A stretch of 64,000 nucleotides of DNA from Clostridia bacterium (GTDB taxonomy: Bacteria; Bacillota; Clostridia; Monoglobales; Monoglobaceae). A program made the position numbers and the translations under genes. Positions within the stretch are counted from its first letter, which is position 1. Every line of letters starts with the position of its first letter. The stretch spans positions 24,291 through 88,290 of the forward strand of contig JAZSFF010000026.1 in assembly GCA_045532055.1 (NCBI GenBank). The letters run 5' to 3'. The notes below the pieces were generated by a model. That model did not search any database, was not told the DNA's origin, and saw nothing but the letters and a program-made list of their open reading frames with translations. This document shows positions 18,340-27,124 of this stretch, one piece after another.

Positions 18340-19455
18340 CTATTTTTTGTCTATTTTAACCAAATTTGTTCTGCTGACTTTTTCCATAGCTTTTTTGTTT
18401 GGTGAAATCATTACTATCTTTTTCATTTTGTCAATTTTATTGTTCAGCTCCTCTATTCTGCTGTGAATGACCTTTATTTCTTCAAATATTCTCTCAATTT
18501 TGTTTTGTTCTGCATTTTGTGGTTTTGGGTTTGCAAATATTTCTTTTTCCTCGCCCCATATACCCACATACCCATTCTTTACAAAACCTATTTTATAGGA
18601 CATTTGTGTATTGCAAAATTTAAAAATCCCCATTTGTTCAACATCTGATATTCTGTTTTCCTCAAGTCTTTGCCACCTTGAGGTTTCCCCTTTTTTCTCG
18701 CTTGAAAAAACTCTCCCATCACAGAGCCAGCATAGTTTTATGCCATCCCCGGTGGTCATAACAACAGGACATTGTGCACGCCCGGTATGGCGACGCGTAA
18801 GACTCTGTTGGGTACTTTCCCCAATTTTCAAAAACCTGATTTCATCCATCGCCTTGTAACATACCAAAATGTCTCCACCATGGTCTGTTGCAAAAACATG
18901 CTTTATTTCGTTGCACTGCGATATTGACTGAAATTCCTGCCATGTCCCACTTTTTCTTAAAAACCGTCTTGACCCCAGTTCTTTTTTTTCCTCATTTATA
19001 TATATAATCAGAAAATCTCCATCTTCCTTCTGTATAACATAAAAAGTCTCTGCATCGGCATTCTTGTCTATCATATACGGGTCCTGAATTTCCTGTGAAA
19101 TTTTTTGACAATATAATGTATTTCCACTTCCATAGAAAATCATAATTCCCTCGCCCGATGAGAAAACAAAAACATTTTCCGCTCCCAGATTTTCTTTTAC
19201 AACCCCCCGTATCCATCGGTCTTTGGACTTTCTTATATAAATCATATTTCCCTTTTCATCAGTCATCACAATATGTATATCCCCAATTTTGTCCAACGCA
19301 GCATCAAAGTCCACAGCACTGCCCAGTTCAAATACTTCCTCTGTGATTTTTGAATAGTTCATCATTTTGCAAAGCAACTGATTTTCTTTGGTTTGTTCAA
19401 TAAACATACTGTTTTTGCCATTCTGCAGCACAACACTCTGGCATATTTTTGCCAT
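18340..19455 (-). CDS. hypothetical protein: beta-rich N-terminal region plus C-terminal coiled coil
   Basis: 371-aa ORF with RBS GAAAGGTG..GAGGGTG before the ATG. C-terminal heptad-like NKIERIFEEIKVIHSRIEELNNKIDKMKK. No family recognised. Confidence 0.65.
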   Translation of the reverse strand: MAKICQSVVLQNGKNSMFIEQTKENQLLCKMMNYSKITEEVFELGSAVDFDAALDKIGDIHIVMTDEKGNMIYIRKSKDRWIRGVVKENLGAENVFVFSSGEGIMIFYGSGNTLYCQKISQEIQDPYMIDKNADAETFYVIQKEDGDFLIIYINEEKKELGSRRFLRKSGTWQEFQSISQCNEIKHVFATDHGGDILVCYKAMDEIRFLKIGESTQQSLTRRHTGRAQCPVVMTTGDGIKLCWLCDGRVFSSEKKGETSRWQRLEENRISDVEQMGIFKFCNTQMSYKIGFVKNGYVGIWGEEKEIFANPKPQNAEQNKIERIFEEIKVIHSRIEELNNKIDKMKKIVMISPNKKAMEKVSRTNLVKIDKK

Positions 19456-19528
19456 TCACCCTCAACACCTTTCAAGAATCCTTTGTTATATTAGATTAGG
19501 GTTCTTTGCCAATTATGTGTGTTCGGTA

Positions 19529-19554
19529 ACCCTTTTTTTGTTTTTTCATACAAT
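19529..19554 (+). promoter_or_regulatory. possible mother-cell sigma (sigmaE/sigmaK-like) promoter upstream of the Cys-rich gene
   Basis: AC (19529-19530), 16 nt, CATACAAT (19547-19554), about 48 nt upstream of the ATG. There is no good sigmaA -35/-10 in this spacer. Confidence 0.25.
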
Positions 19555-19601
19555 GAATTAGGTCACCAATTTTAAAATTCTGAAATTTAGGAGGTATTTT
19601 A

Positions 19602-20504
19602 ATGAGCGATAAACATGAAATTTATGACGAAAGCGCAGCAGTGCTTGCAGACTGCTGTCTTGAACAAGAAAACAGAGGCGAACGCCGAAATGACGATTTT
19701 GGAGGCGGCGTTTGCATCAACACCAACCAGATATACGATTCCTGCAAGGACAGAGATTGCATCCGCGACCAGAGGGTTTACTTCACCAACAGAGGTCAGG
19801 AAATAATTGAGCGTGCAATCAACGTAAAAATCAAAAAAGCCGAAATCATCTGGGTGTACACAAATGTAGAACCTTTATCCTTTAACCGAGGCTACTTCAC
19901 CGTTGATATGAAATTCTTCATCAAGGTAACCGTTGAGGCATTCCGCGGTGTATCCTGTCCCACAGAGATTGAGGGTCTTTTGACCTATGACAAAAAGGTT
20001 ATTCTCTTTGGTTCTGAGGGCAATGTAAAGATTTTTGAATCATCTTTGAAAGAGGATTGCGAGGACATATCAAAGATGTGGCAGAAAACAAACCTGCCCA
20101 CAGCAGTTGTAGAGGTTGTTGACCCCATCGCTCTGGCTGCTAAACTGGTATCCCGCGAAGATGACTGTTGTTGCGACTGCAATGACCACTTCCTTGCCAT
20201 CCCCGAAAATATCTGTGATTGTTTTGATGATGAACTTTACACAGGTGACGACGGCAAGCTGGTATTGGCATCTTTGGGACTGTTCAGCATTGTAAGACTT
20301 GAACGCAATGCACAGCTCCTTATTGATGCAACTGACTTCTGTATCCCATGCAAAGAATGTCCCACAGCAACCGAGAACAATCCTTGCGAACTGTTCAACA
20401 CAATTCGTTTCCCATTTGACGAATTCTTCCCGCCCAGAAAAGCTGTGGAAGACTGTGACTGCGGATGCGGATGCGAACGTAACACATGCGGTTGTGACGA
20501 TTGA
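19602..20504 (+). CDS. cysteine-rich acidic protein, unknown function (23 Cys in 300 aa)
   Basis: RBS AGGAGG 8 nt before the ATG. Cys clusters are DCC, VCINTNQIYDSCKDRDC, DDCCCDCNDH, ICDC, FCIPCKECP and a C-terminal DCDCGCGCERNTCGCDD. Confidence 0.8.
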   Translation: MSDKHEIYDESAAVLADCCLEQENRGERRNDDFGGGVCINTNQIYDSCKDRDCIRDQRVYFTNRGQEIIERAINVKIKKAEIIWVYTNVEPLSFNRGYFTVDMKFFIKVTVEAFRGVSCPTEIEGLLTYDKKVILFGSEGNVKIFESSLKEDCEDISKMWQKTNLPTAVVEVVDPIALAAKLVSREDDCCCDCNDHFLAIPENICDCFDDELYTGDDGKLVLASLGLFSIVRLERNAQLLIDATDFCIPCKECPTATENNPCELFNTIRFPFDEFFPPRKAVEDCDCGCGCERNTCGCDD

Positions 20505-20528
20505 TATTGCAAAGTTGCATATGGTTTT

Positions 20529-20563
20529 TAGCTCCCTGAAACACAGGGAGCTATTTATTTTTG
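20529..20563 (+). terminator. rho-independent terminator of the Cys-rich gene
   Basis: GCTCCCTG-aaaca-CAGGGAGC hairpin at 20531-20552, followed by TATTTATTTTT. Confidence 0.7.
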
Positions 20564-20571
20564 AAAAAATA

Positions 20572-20600
20572 TAGACATTAAAATTTTTTTGTGGTATACT
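20572..20600 (+). promoter_or_regulatory. sigmaA promoter with extended -10
   Basis: TAGACA (20572-20577), 17 nt, TGgTATACT (20592-20600). The same TGTGGTATACT -10 block is used by the clpE promoter. Confidence 0.55.
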
Positions 20601-20606
20601 ACAAGA

Positions 20607-20707
20607 GCAACAAATTTTTTATGTATAAATATCACCCGTTGGAGATACGCTATGCAAAAAGCGTACCTCTGGTTTTTCATCCAATGGGTGCATAAAAAGT
20701 TTGTTGC
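20607..20707 (+). other. about 100-nt imperfect long hairpin at the predicted transcript 5' end; contains a sequestered GGAGA RBS and the ATG of a 39-codon sORF (20652-20771)
   Basis: Nested pairings: GCAACAAA/TTTGTTGC, CACCCGTTGG/CCAATGGGTG (G-U wobble) and GAGATACGCT/AGCGTACCTC (one A-C mismatch). The ATG sits in the apical loop. Confidence 0.45.
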
Positions 20708-20737
20708 AGAACTTAATCGGAGTGATACGTTTTTTGG

Positions 20738-20765
20738 GTGTGTCACTTCGGTGGCACACTTTTTT
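20738..20765 (+). terminator. terminator/attenuator hairpin immediately upstream of the 75-aa ORF RBS
   Basis: GTGTGTCAC-ttcg-GTGGCACAC followed by TTTTTTATTT. The RBS GAGGTG starts at 20770. Confidence 0.5.
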
Positions 20766-20782
20766 ATTTGAGGTGATTTTGA

Positions 20783-21010
20783 ATGAAATATGATTTTACG
20801 GATGATTTGGTATCTGTTGCAATAAGAAAAGAGATTGCTTCGCAGATAAAAAGCAAAAAGCTCAACCCAATCAAGCTCTCTTACCAACACGCCAACAGAA
20901 TGCTTGACGAAATAGCTTGCATAACAGACGAACATATCCCATGCGACAAACAAATAGAAAAGATTGTAAAGATATTGGCTTTTTGCCCTGTATCGCCACA
21001 TGTTGACTAA
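20783..21010 (+). CDS. hypothetical small protein (75 aa)
   Basis: ATG 7 nt after GAGGTG. No family recognised. Confidence 0.5.
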   Translation: MKYDFTDDLVSVAIRKEIASQIKSKKLNPIKLSYQHANRMLDEIACITDEHIPCDKQIEKIVKILAFCPVSPHVD

Positions 21011-21032
21011 AATTAAATTCTGACAAACAAAC

Positions 21033-21180
21033 GGCTCCCTTGTGCAAAGGGAGCTGTCGAACCCAGTGAGACTGAGGGATTGTTTCAAAATTCTTGATAT
21101 GGTATTTAATTTATTAATTTAACAATTACAATACCTCCGAGTTTGCTTTGCAAACCCACCTCCCTTTACACTAGGGAGGC
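21033..21180. repeat. 148-bp MITE/REP-like element: about 50-bp imperfect terminal inverted repeats, each with a GC-rich hairpin, around an AT-rich core
   Basis: The left end GGCTCCCTTGTGCAAAGGGAGC...ACTGAGGGATTG matches the reverse complement of the right end, GCCTCCCTAGTGTAAAGGGAGG...ACTCGGAGGTATTG. Confidence 0.55.
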
Positions 21181-21195
21181 ATTTTTGTATAACGA

Positions 21196-21226
21196 AAAAA
21201 CGGCTACCTTTTCGATAGCCGTTTTA
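21196..21226 (-). terminator. rho-independent terminator of ileS
   Basis: CGGCTA-ccttttcga-TAGCCG hairpin with a T-run on the minus strand, 10 nt after the ileS stop. Confidence 0.6.
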
Positions 21227-21234
21227 CTTTAACT

Positions 21235-24200
21235 TTACGCTTTTACAATGGCAATCTTTACCTTTTCGCCGTTGATGTTCCATTCCTTTGCGTCGGCATT
21301 CTCTGCATTATCCATTGACACCGCCAATGTCTGTGCTGAGATTTCGTCACCATTCTTTGCAATGATTGCATCAATCTTTTCACTGCCAAAGCATGATACC
21401 TTGATGTTGTCCTGAACTTCAAAGCCACTGTCCTTACGCATGGTCTGAATTTTGCTGATGATTTCTCTTACAAATCCCTCTTCAATAAGTTCGTCGGTGA
21501 GGTTTGTATCAAGGACAACTGTATAACCTGCATCGCTGTCTGACACAAATCCGTCTTTCTGCAGTGTTTCAATCAAAACATCTTCCATTCCAAACTCAAC
21601 ATCTGTGCCCTCAACTGTCAATTTAACCATTCCGCCGCCGTTGAGTGTTGCCATAACCTCTGCACCATTCATCTTGTTTACTTCTTCAAAGATGGCTCTT
21701 ACAATCTTGCCGTATTTGGGGCCCATTGTCTTGAGCTGTGGCTTGAAGTTGTAGCTTATGAATGAGCTTGCATTGTCTGTAATCTCGATTTCTTTCACGT
21801 TAAGTTCGTCAAGGATTATGTTCTTGTAAACATCATCTATGTCACCATTGGTCTGGACATAAATCTTGCCGATTGGCTGACGATTTTTGATGTTTGCCGC
21901 ATTTCTGCAGGCACGGCCAAGGATAACAATCTTTCTTGCCGCATCCATTTCCGCTTCCAAATCAGCAAAGTCAAATTCTGCATTTGCCACGGGGAAGTCG
22001 CACATATGAATGCTCTCTGGTGCATCTTTGTCCACATTAAGAACAAGATTTCTGTAAATCATTTCTGTCATAAATGGGATAAATGGTGCACAAACTTTTG
22101 AGAATTCAACAAGCACTGTGTAGAGGGTCATATATGCACAAATCTTATCGTCTGTCATATCCTTTGCCCAGAAACGTTCTCTTGAACGTCTTACATACCA
22201 GTTTGAAAGTTCGTCGGTGAATTCCTGAATCAATCTTGTTGCCTCTGTAATCTTGTAATTTTCGAGATAATTGTCAACTGTTCTTATAACATTGTTCAGT
22301 TTTGACAAAATCCACTTGTCAAGCAGTGCAAGCTTGCTCTTGTCAAGGGTATGTTCCATGGGATTGAACTGGTCAATCTCGGCATAAAGAACATAGAATG
22401 CGTAAGTATTCCAAAGTGTACCCATGAACTTTCTCTGTGACTCTGAAACCGCCTCGTCATGAAAACGGTTGGGGAGCCAGGGCGCACTGTTGGAATAGAA
22501 GTACCATCTTACCGCATCAGAGCCTTGTTTGTTGAGGACATCCCAGGGATTAACAACGTTGCCTATATGCTTGGACATCTTGCGTCCGTCTTTATCCTGA
22601 ACGTGACCCAGAACAACTACATTCTTATAAGGTGCCTTGTCAAAGAGCAATGTTGAAATCGCAATAAGTGTATAGAACCAGCCACGGGTCTGGTCAATAG
22701 CCTCACTGATAAAGTCAGCAGGGAAGTTTTCTTCAAAGAGCTCCTTGTTTTCAAATGGATAGTGCCACTGTGCAAAGGGCATTGAACCTGAATCGAACCA
22801 ACAGTCGATAACGTCGGATACCCTCTTCATTTCGCCACCGCACTTTTCACACTTCAGGTGTACATTGTCAACGTATGGCTTGTGAAGTTCGATATCGTCA
22901 GGAACATTGATTCCCTTGGCTTTCAGTTCTTCAATAGAACCGATACATTCGTGATGACCGCATTCACAAGTCCAGATTGGGAGAGGTGTTCCCCAGTATC
23001 TTGAACGGGAAAGTCCCCAGTCAATAACATTTTCAAGGAAGTTTCCGAATCTGCCGTGCTTGATGTTGTCGGGCATCCAGTTTACTGTGTCATTGTTTTT
23101 GAGGAGCTGGTCACGTACTGCTGACATCTTGATGAACCATGTGTCACAAGCATAATAAAGGAGAGGTGTGTCACATCTCCAGCAGAATGGATAGCTGTGC
23201 TCAAAGTTTATAACTTCAAAGAGCTGATTTCTGTTCTTAAGGTCACGGATAACCAGTTTGTCAACGTCTTTTACAAACATACCTTTCCACGGTGTAACTG
23301 CATCAACAAAGTTGCCCTGAGGATTAACAAGGTTTACAAAAGGCAGGTCATTCTCTTTGCCCACACGAGAGTCATCTTCACCAAATGCAGGTGCGATATG
23401 AACGATACCAGTACCATCGCTCATTGTAACGTAGTTGTCTGCAACAATGAAGTGACCTTTCTTGTCAAGCTTTTCAAAGTCATAAAGTGGCTCATATTCA
23501 AGACCGCAAAGGTCTGTGCCAACATACTTTTCAATTACTTCATATTCGTCCTTGATTACTGTGTCAAGAAGTGCTTCTGCAAGGATGAATGTTTCCTCCC
23601 CAACCTTTACCTTTACATAAGTTTCGTGGGGATTAACACAAAGGGCAACGTTTGACGGAAGTGTCCAGGGTGTTGTTGTCCATGCAAGGATATATTCATT
23701 TGTTTTGCCCTTGACAATGAACTTGGCAATCAAAGATGCTTCCTTTACATCTTTATAGCCCTGTGCGACCTCGTGGCTTGAAAGTGAAGTTCCGCAACGG
23801 GGGCAGTATGGCATAATCTTGTGACCTTTATAGAGAAGTTTTTTGTCCCAGATGGTCTTGAGTGCCCACCATACAGATTCGATATAGTCGTTGTGGTAGG
23901 TTACATATGGGTTATCCATATCAGCCCAGAAGCCAACACGGTCACTCATTTCCTCCCACTCGCTCTGGTAGGTGAAAACGCTGTCCTTACACTTTTTAAC
24001 AAAGTCCTCGATACCATAATTTTCAATCTGGGGCTTACCGCTGATGCCAAGCTGTTTTTCAACCTCAAGTTCAACTGGCAGACCATGGGTATCCCATCCG
24101 GCCTTTCTGAGAACCTTGTAGCCTTTCATTGTGCGATAACGGGGAATCAAGTCCTTGATTACACGGGTCAGAACGTGACCAATGTGGGGCTTGCCGTTTG

Positions 24201-24348
24201 CAGTAGGCGGTCCGTCAAAGAAAGTGAATACTTCACCCTCTTTGCGGTTTTCTATACTCTTTTTGAATATGTCATTATCTTTCCAGAAATCAACAATCTG
24301 TTTTTCTCTTTCCACGAAAGATAAATCGGTTGACACTTTATCGTACAT
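21235..24348 (-). CDS. ileS: isoleucyl-tRNA synthetase, long type-2 form
   Basis: 1037 aa with HIGH (PHIGHVLT) and KMSKH (KMSKS variant), plus CP1 editing-domain features. The length is typical of type-2 IleRS. Confidence 0.95.
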   Translation of the reverse strand: MYDKVSTDLSFVEREKQIVDFWKDNDIFKKSIENRKEGEVFTFFDGPPTANGKPHIGHVLTRVIKDLIPRYRTMKGYKVLRKAGWDTHGLPVELEVEKQLGISGKPQIENYGIEDFVKKCKDSVFTYQSEWEEMSDRVGFWADMDNPYVTYHNDYIESVWWALKTIWDKKLLYKGHKIMPYCPRCGTSLSSHEVAQGYKDVKEASLIAKFIVKGKTNEYILAWTTTPWTLPSNVALCVNPHETYVKVKVGEETFILAEALLDTVIKDEYEVIEKYVGTDLCGLEYEPLYDFEKLDKKGHFIVADNYVTMSDGTGIVHIAPAFGEDDSRVGKENDLPFVNLVNPQGNFVDAVTPWKGMFVKDVDKLVIRDLKNRNQLFEVINFEHSYPFCWRCDTPLLYYACDTWFIKMSAVRDQLLKNNDTVNWMPDNIKHGRFGNFLENVIDWGLSRSRYWGTPLPIWTCECGHHECIGSIEELKAKGINVPDDIELHKPYVDNVHLKCEKCGGEMKRVSDVIDCWFDSGSMPFAQWHYPFENKELFEENFPADFISEAIDQTRGWFYTLIAISTLLFDKAPYKNVVVLGHVQDKDGRKMSKHIGNVVNPWDVLNKQGSDAVRWYFYSNSAPWLPNRFHDEAVSESQRKFMGTLWNTYAFYVLYAEIDQFNPMEHTLDKSKLALLDKWILSKLNNVIRTVDNYLENYKITEATRLIQEFTDELSNWYVRRSRERFWAKDMTDDKICAYMTLYTVLVEFSKVCAPFIPFMTEMIYRNLVLNVDKDAPESIHMCDFPVANAEFDFADLEAEMDAARKIVILGRACRNAANIKNRQPIGKIYVQTNGDIDDVYKNIILDELNVKEIEITDNASSFISYNFKPQLKTMGPKYGKIVRAIFEEVNKMNGAEVMATLNGGGMVKLTVEGTDVEFGMEDVLIETLQKDGFVSDSDAGYTVVLDTNLTDELIEEGFVREIISKIQTMRKDSGFEVQDNIKVSCFGSEKIDAIIAKNGDEISAQTLAVSMDNAENADAKEWNINGEKVKIAIVKA

Positions 24349-24491
24349 TTTAATACCTCCTGTATATTAAAACAATTAAATACATAGTTTAACTAGTCTA
24401 TTTTACAGGAAAAATCCGACTTTGTAAAGAGATTTGAGGAAATTCCTTAAATTTTTAGTAACTTTTTTCCTGTTTGTTAACAAAAAAGTCA

Positions 24492-24520
24492 TTGAAATAA
24501 CCCTTTTTCTGTGGTATACT
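24492..24520 (+). promoter_or_regulatory. sigmaA promoter of clpE
   Basis: TTGAAA (24492-24497), 17 nt, TATACT (24515-24520) with extended TG. An A-rich TGTTAACAAAAAAGTCA lies upstream. Confidence 0.55.
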
Positions 24521-24582
24521 GTTTTTTACGTTAATGAAAAATCGGCATGTTTTGTGCCACTTATGATATACGGAGGTAAACT

Positions 24583-26937
24583 ATGCTCTGTGCAAGATGC
24601 AAAAAGAATATGGCCGTGGTTTTTGTCACAAGAATGGAACCCGACGGCAAGCAGGTGAATGAGGGCTACTGCCTTTCCTGTGCAAAGGAACTGAATATCG
24701 CACCCCTTGACAATATGCTGAAAGGTCTTGGAATCACCGCGGAAGAGTTTGACAATATGAACAGCGAAACTCTGGAAATGATGCGTGGAATGATGGAAAA
24801 CGGCGAGGACTTTGACCCATCACAGATGTTGGGTGAGATTATGGGCGAAGAGGATTTTGATGACAGTGAAGACGGCGGTGCTGTAAAGAAGTCACCCCTT
24901 TCCTTCCTTTCAAACATGTTTGACGGTTCAAAATCCCAAAACTCCAAAGAGGGTAATCCTCCCGAAAAAGCCACAAAAACCGACAAAAAAGAAAAATCAA
25001 AAAATAAACGCAAGTTCCTTGATATGTACGGCACAAACCTTACCTCCAAGGCAAAACGAGGCGAGATTGATCGTGTGGTTGGCCGTGAGGTAGAGATGAA
25101 TCGTGTTACACAGATCCTCAACCGCCGCACCAAAAATAACCCTGTCCTGATAGGCGAGCCTGGCGTAGGTAAAACTGCTATTGCAGAGGGTTTGGCTTTG
25201 CGTATTGCAGAGGGCAATGTCCCTGCAAAACTTCTGGGATACGAAATATATCTACTTGATATGGCGGCAATGGTTGCAGGAACTCAGTTCCGCGGTCAGT
25301 TTGAATCACGTCTCAAAAGCCTCATAACAGAAGTCAAGGCGTTGGGCAACATAATCTTGGTTATTGACGAGGTTCACGTTCTTACCAAGGCAGGGGATGC
25401 TGAGGGTGCAATGAACGCAGGTAATATTCTGAAACCCGCTCTTTCTCGTGGTGAAATCCAGATTATAGGTGCAACAACATTGGAGGAATACCGCAAGCAT
25501 ATTGAAAAGGACAGTGCCCTTGAAAGACGTTTCCAAGCTGTTATTGTTGAAGAACCCTCTGTTGAGGAAACCATCGAGATGCTCAAAGGCATCAAAGGAT
25601 ACTATGAAGATTATCATAAAGTAAAAATTAACGACGACATCATTCGTTGTGCCGCAGTTCTCTCAAAAAGATATATCACTGACAGATTTCTCCCTGACAA
25701 GGCAATCGACGTAATCGACGAAGCCGCATCAAAAGCAAATCTCGACAACACCACACTTGTGGAAATCGCAAAACTTAAATCCCAACTTGCTGATGTCAAG
25801 ACCGCACAAGAGGAAATCGAAACTGCACCCGAGGGCGAAAACACCGATACAACTGCAAATTATGAAAAGATTGCTGAACTCAAGAGCCGTGAATGTCAGC
25901 TTGAGGCTCAGATAGATGAACTTGAAAAGACTTTGAATGATGTTTATCTCACCCCAGACGATTTGGCTGCAGTTATTGAGGGTTGGACAAAAATTCCTGT
26001 GAAGAATATAACCGAGTTCGAGACCAACCGTCTGGTCAACCTTGAGGAAAGACTACACAAGCATCTAATCGGTCAGGATGAGGCTGTTTCTGCTGTATCA
26101 CGTGGAATCCGCCGCAAGCGTGCAGGTTTCAGTCTTAAACGACGTCCTGCATCATTCATTTTTGTTGGTCCCACAGGCGTTGGAAAAACCGAACTGGTGA
26201 AACAGATTGCCCGTGAAGTATTTGACACAGAGGATGCCCTTATCCGTTTTGATATGTCAGAGTTCATGGAAAAACATACCGCATCAAGGCTGGTTGGTTC
26301 GCCTCCCGGATATGTAGGATATGACGATGCAGGTCAGCTTACCGAAAAGGTACGCCGTCACCCTTACTCCGTCATTCTTTTTGACGAGATTGAAAAGGCT
26401 CACCCCGACGTGTTCAACATTCTTTTGCAAATTCTGGATGACGGACGTATTACCGACAGTCATGGCAAAACTGTTTCATTTGAGGATTGTATAATCGTTA
26501 TGACATCCAATGCTGGAAGTGACACTTTGGGCGGCGTGGCAGGTTTTGGGGCGAGCAACAACGCATCCAATAAACTGAAAGCCGAAAAAGCTCTCAAACA
26601 GATATTCAGACCTGAATTTTTGAACAGAATTGATGAAATAATCGTCTTTGACGAGCTATCTTCTGATGATCTGTTGAAAATATGTGATCTTTTCCTTGCT
26701 GAGCTTAGCAAAGGTCTTGAGGAAAAAGGCATTAACCTTTCTGTTTCTGACTCTGCAAAGGCCCGTATTTGCAAAGACGGCTACAGCAGCCAATACGGAG
26801 CAAGACCTATGCGAAGATATATCGAAAGAAATATCGAGGACTCACTTGCCCGCATGTTCATCGGTGGTGAGATTGCCTCAGGCAGCAAGCTGTTAGTTGA
26901 CGAAAAGGACGCCAATCTGGTTGTATCCGTTCTTTAA
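24583..26937 (+). CDS. clpE: ClpE-type class III AAA+ Clp ATPase (N-terminal zinc ribbon instead of a Clp_N repeat domain)
   Basis: 784 aa with N-terminal CARC-x24-CLSC. Two Walker A motifs ([16 protein letters not shown]) and a ClpP-docking-like AGF loop. Confidence 0.85.
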   Translation: MLCARCKKNMAVVFVTRMEPDGKQVNEGYCLSCAKELNIAPLDNMLKGLGITAEEFDNMNSETLEMMRGMMENGEDFDPSQMLGEIMGEEDFDDSEDGGAVKKSPLSFLSNMFDGSKSQNSKEGNPPEKATKTDKKEKSKNKRKFLDMYGTNLTSKAKRGEIDRVVGREVEMNRVTQILNRRTKNNPVLIGEPGVGKTAIAEGLALRIAEGNVPAKLLGYEIYLLDMAAMVAGTQFRGQFESRLKSLITEVKALGNIILVIDEVHVLTKAGDAEGAMNAGNILKPALSRGEIQIIGATTLEEYRKHIEKDSALERRFQAVIVEEPSVEETIEMLKGIKGYYEDYHKVKINDDIIRCAAVLSKRYITDRFLPDKAIDVIDEAASKANLDNTTLVEIAKLKSQLADVKTAQEEIETAPEGENTDTTANYEKIAELKSRECQLEAQIDELEKTLNDVYLTPDDLAAVIEGWTKIPVKNITEFETNRLVNLEERLHKHLIGQDEAVSAVSRGIRRKRAGFSLKRRPASFIFVGPTGVGKTELVKQIAREVFDTEDALIRFDMSEFMEKHTASRLVGSPPGYVGYDDAGQLTEKVRRHPYSVILFDEIEKAHPDVFNILLQILDDGRITDSHGKTVSFEDCIIVMTSNAGSDTLGGVAGFGASNNASNKLKAEKALKQIFRPEFLNRIDEIIVFDELSSDDLLKICDLFLAELSKGLEEKGINLSVSDSAKARICKDGYSSQYGARPMRRYIERNIEDSLARMFIGGEIASGSKLLVDEKDANLVVSVL

Positions 26938-26942
26938 ACTCA

Positions 26943-26979
26943 AAGAATCCGGTCCGATTGATCGGATTCTTGTTTTTTG
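26943..26979 (+). terminator. rho-independent terminator of clpE
   Basis: AGAATCCG...CGGATTCT hairpin followed by TGTTTTTTG. Confidence 0.65.
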
Positions 26980-27054
26980 TCTGTATATACATTTCAAAAC
27001 CCACATATACTAAGCAATATTTAGAAGAATGGCAAACTTTTTTCAAAAAAACTA

Positions 27055-27083
27055 TTGACAAACGCAATAGTTGCTGTTATAAT
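27055..27083 (+). promoter_or_regulatory. consensus sigmaA promoter of the tRNA operon
   Basis: TTGACA (27055-27060), 17 nt, TATAAT (27078-27083), with an A-tract upstream. Confidence 0.7.
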
Positions 27084-27124
27084 AATCCAGTCGGTCGGAA
27101 ACGGCATGGCAACCTACCAAACAT

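Noticed and set aside
20461-20490. TGCGGA hexamer repeats in the Cys-rich gene tail as a slipped-strand phase-variation tract
   Set aside because: There are only about 2.5 in-frame copies, too short for a contingency locus. It simply encodes the CGCGC motif.
20555-21088. 177-aa minus-strand ORF spanning the islet between the Cys-rich gene and ileS
   Set aside because: It runs antisense across a terminator, a promoter, the structured leader, the 75-aa ORF and the MITE-like repeat. Part of its sequence (for example SLTGFDSSLCTREPF) is simply the translated repeat arm, and it has no RBS.
24349-24582. T-box leader for ileS, and a CtsR box or CIRCE element for clpE, in the divergent spacer
   Set aside because: No T-box consensus, no GGTCAAA direct repeat and no TTAGCACTC-N9-GAGTGCTAA palindrome were seen on either strand. 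Two ordinary sigmaA promoters fill the spacer.
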